DNA of 21,917 nt from Oopsacas minuta. Taxonomy: Eukaryota > Animalia > Porifera. Of the stretch, positions 20,190 through 21,917 are shown piece after piece. The DNA lies in the NCBI GenBank assembly GCA_024704765.1, contig JAKMXF010000117.1, positions 1 through 21,917 on the forward strand, given 5' to 3'. Position 1 is the first letter of the stretch, and every line of letters starts with the position of its first letter. Below the pieces are notes generated by a model, which was not told the origin of the DNA, ran no database searches, and was given only the letters and a program-made list of their open reading frames with translations. The translations under genes were made by a program, and so were the position numbers.

Positions 20190-21227
20190 AGTAACGAACT
20201 TAGATTAGATTCGTATCGGACTCGGCGACAAACCACTCCAGATAGATGAGGATCTAGTCACCGTTTATTATGGAGAAGCTCTAGCGGATCCCACTGAAAA
20301 GGAATGAGCACTTAAATTAAAGGCTGGTAGAGGCAGTACTGAAGATGACCCTCGGTTCGGAAGACCAATTTCGTTACCACCCCAAAATTTGTCTCTCAAA
20401 TTCTAGAACTATTGGATATTGACCCCGATTTGCGCGTTGAAGAGATTGCCCTAATCCTGGACATCTCATCGGGAAGTGTTCATACAATTCTACACCATTA
20501 TCTCGAATATCGAAAGATTTCATATGCGAAATTACTGCTTAAAGAATATAGAGATTGTAATTTTCGAAGGTTATATGAAATCGTTACTGGTGACTAAACC
20601 TGGATTAAATTTCTGAACCTCTGCGTAAGGAACAACGCAAATAGTGGCTCCAAAAGGCACAGGCACGTTCGGACCTCCGAGACGATTAGGTTCTTTACAG
20701 CATAATTTTGATGCATATGGGCCAGTGGCTCAAATACCTGTGCCTAAAGAGAACGACTTAATGGAGAATTTTACGCAGATAAATGCCTGAGAGCAGTCAA
20801 GAAAGTCTATAAAACACGACGTCCGCGTACAGGAACTTGAGGAATCAAATTTTTCCACGATAATGCTAGATCTCATGTTTCAAAATACTTTAGGGAAGTA
20901 ATTGAGAATTTCGGGTTTGAAACGATGGAACATCCTACGTATTTCTCAGATCTATCACCTTGTGATTTTTGGATATTTCCTGAGCTGAAAAGCATCTCGG
21001 AGGACGGCTATTTCATACCCTGACAAGAGCTAGGAAATGGGGTTTACCATTACCTCAATTTAGTGGACAGAAACGAGTGTAATATACATTTTCGAAGTGC
21101 GTTGAAAGACTCCAACTATGTATTGTTGTTGATGGGAGTATTTCGAACATTTTATGTAGAAATTTGATTAGTAAGTTGTTGTTGTGTCAAGAAATTCAAC
21201 AAAGATGGGAGCTTTTTGAATGCCCTA
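20190..21227 (+). mobile_element. Old degraded mariner (DD34D) element
   Basis: RIGLGDKPLQIDEDLVTVY...GRGSTEDDPRFGRP, EIVTGD*TW, FHDNARSH-(D34D)-DLSPCDFWIF and YFEHF. 3' TIR GAGCTTTTTGAATGCCCTA with TA at 21228-21229. Many stops and indels; 5' TIR not found. Confidence 0.88.
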
Positions 21228-21239
21228 TAATTGATTCAT

Positions 21240-21800
21240 CATTAATTTGTGCAACATCCCGATTGTTCGTTGTTTCAGCCATCCCAGCATCCTCCTGAGT
21301 ACAAATGCATTTGCTTTGTGAAATCTCCTTTCCTCAAATCGAACATTTCACGATCAGTTTGAGGCTTTGATGGCATGCACTGCTGTTGGTGAAGAGATAA
21401 CTATAGGGACTTGCAAATTTGGGATTGTTTCTGTATAGCGATTGCCTTGAAAGCATCGTTCAAGATTACATTCATTTGACCATTCCAGGTGAATACGACA
21501 CCAATAGACTCACCGATAACTTTGGTAAAATTGTCCAACGCATTTTGAAGATGCTGACGACCATTTCAACGAGTGATCTAGGCATCTGGTTAAGTGATCA
21601 ATACAAAACCTATTTTCAAATTTCTTTAATTAATACTAAATAACTTTGTTAATCTACCAGTGTAACAACACTGGCAAAAGGCATGTAACCAGAAATTTTT
21701 TCCACTAGATTGTCCATACTAACGAAACCAAATTGTTATCAGTAAAAGTCTTGATGTGGTTTGATAGTTAATTGTAGTATGGAAAATCACATTTCACATG
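21240..21800 (-). pseudogene. Possible PIF/Harbinger-like (DDE_Tnp_4) transposase relic
   Basis: 21585-21526 on the minus strand gives MPRSLVEMVVSIFKMRWTIL, resembling the RxxVExxFGxLKxRWxIL motif. The rest is too degraded to align by eye. Confidence 0.4.
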
Positions 21801-21822
21801 CAAGTCTTGTTCTTGACGATCA

Positions 21823-21917
21823 GGGGCCTTATTAACTAAAATTCTAAGAATTATTCTTAACTTAATTCTAAGTGTATTTCTAAGAATAATTCTAAGAATT
21901 CATGAAATATTCTTAGT
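21823..21917 (+). repeat. Start of a probable MITE with TTCTAAG/TTCTTA repeats, cut by the window end
   Basis: GGGGCCTTATTAACTAAA followed by four TTCTAAG copies and TTCTTA variants within about 80 bp. Confidence 0.35.

Overview
AT-rich eukaryotic, probably animal, genomic DNA. Hand-counted 60-bp lines give about 25-33% GC in the background. The window is almost entirely a stack of nested, decayed DNA transposons. These include four DD34D mariner copies, two DD37D (maT) fragments, a Tigger/pogo transposase, a ZNF862/Tip100-like hAT, two hATm-like (FDGRKD-type) hATs, a Buster 3' end, a probable PIF/Harbinger relic and several MITEs, plus one tRNA-derived SINE-like sequence. No LINE or LTR remnant was recognised. 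The only host-gene-like sequence is a 168-bp + strand segment at 8264-8431. It has AG/GT splice signals and encodes DFALQEALSIFGADFDFNELE, which closely resembles a conserved N-terminal motif of SPT6 as I recall it. The window may therefore be mostly two very large TE-filled introns. Other main observations are a three-level nested insertion at 15939-19310 that can be unpicked by hand, two near-identical mariner copies sharing four inactivating lesions but with different flanks, and a GC-rich hAT. I found no evidence of a new multi-gene system. All family assignments come from motif recognition by eye, without database searches.
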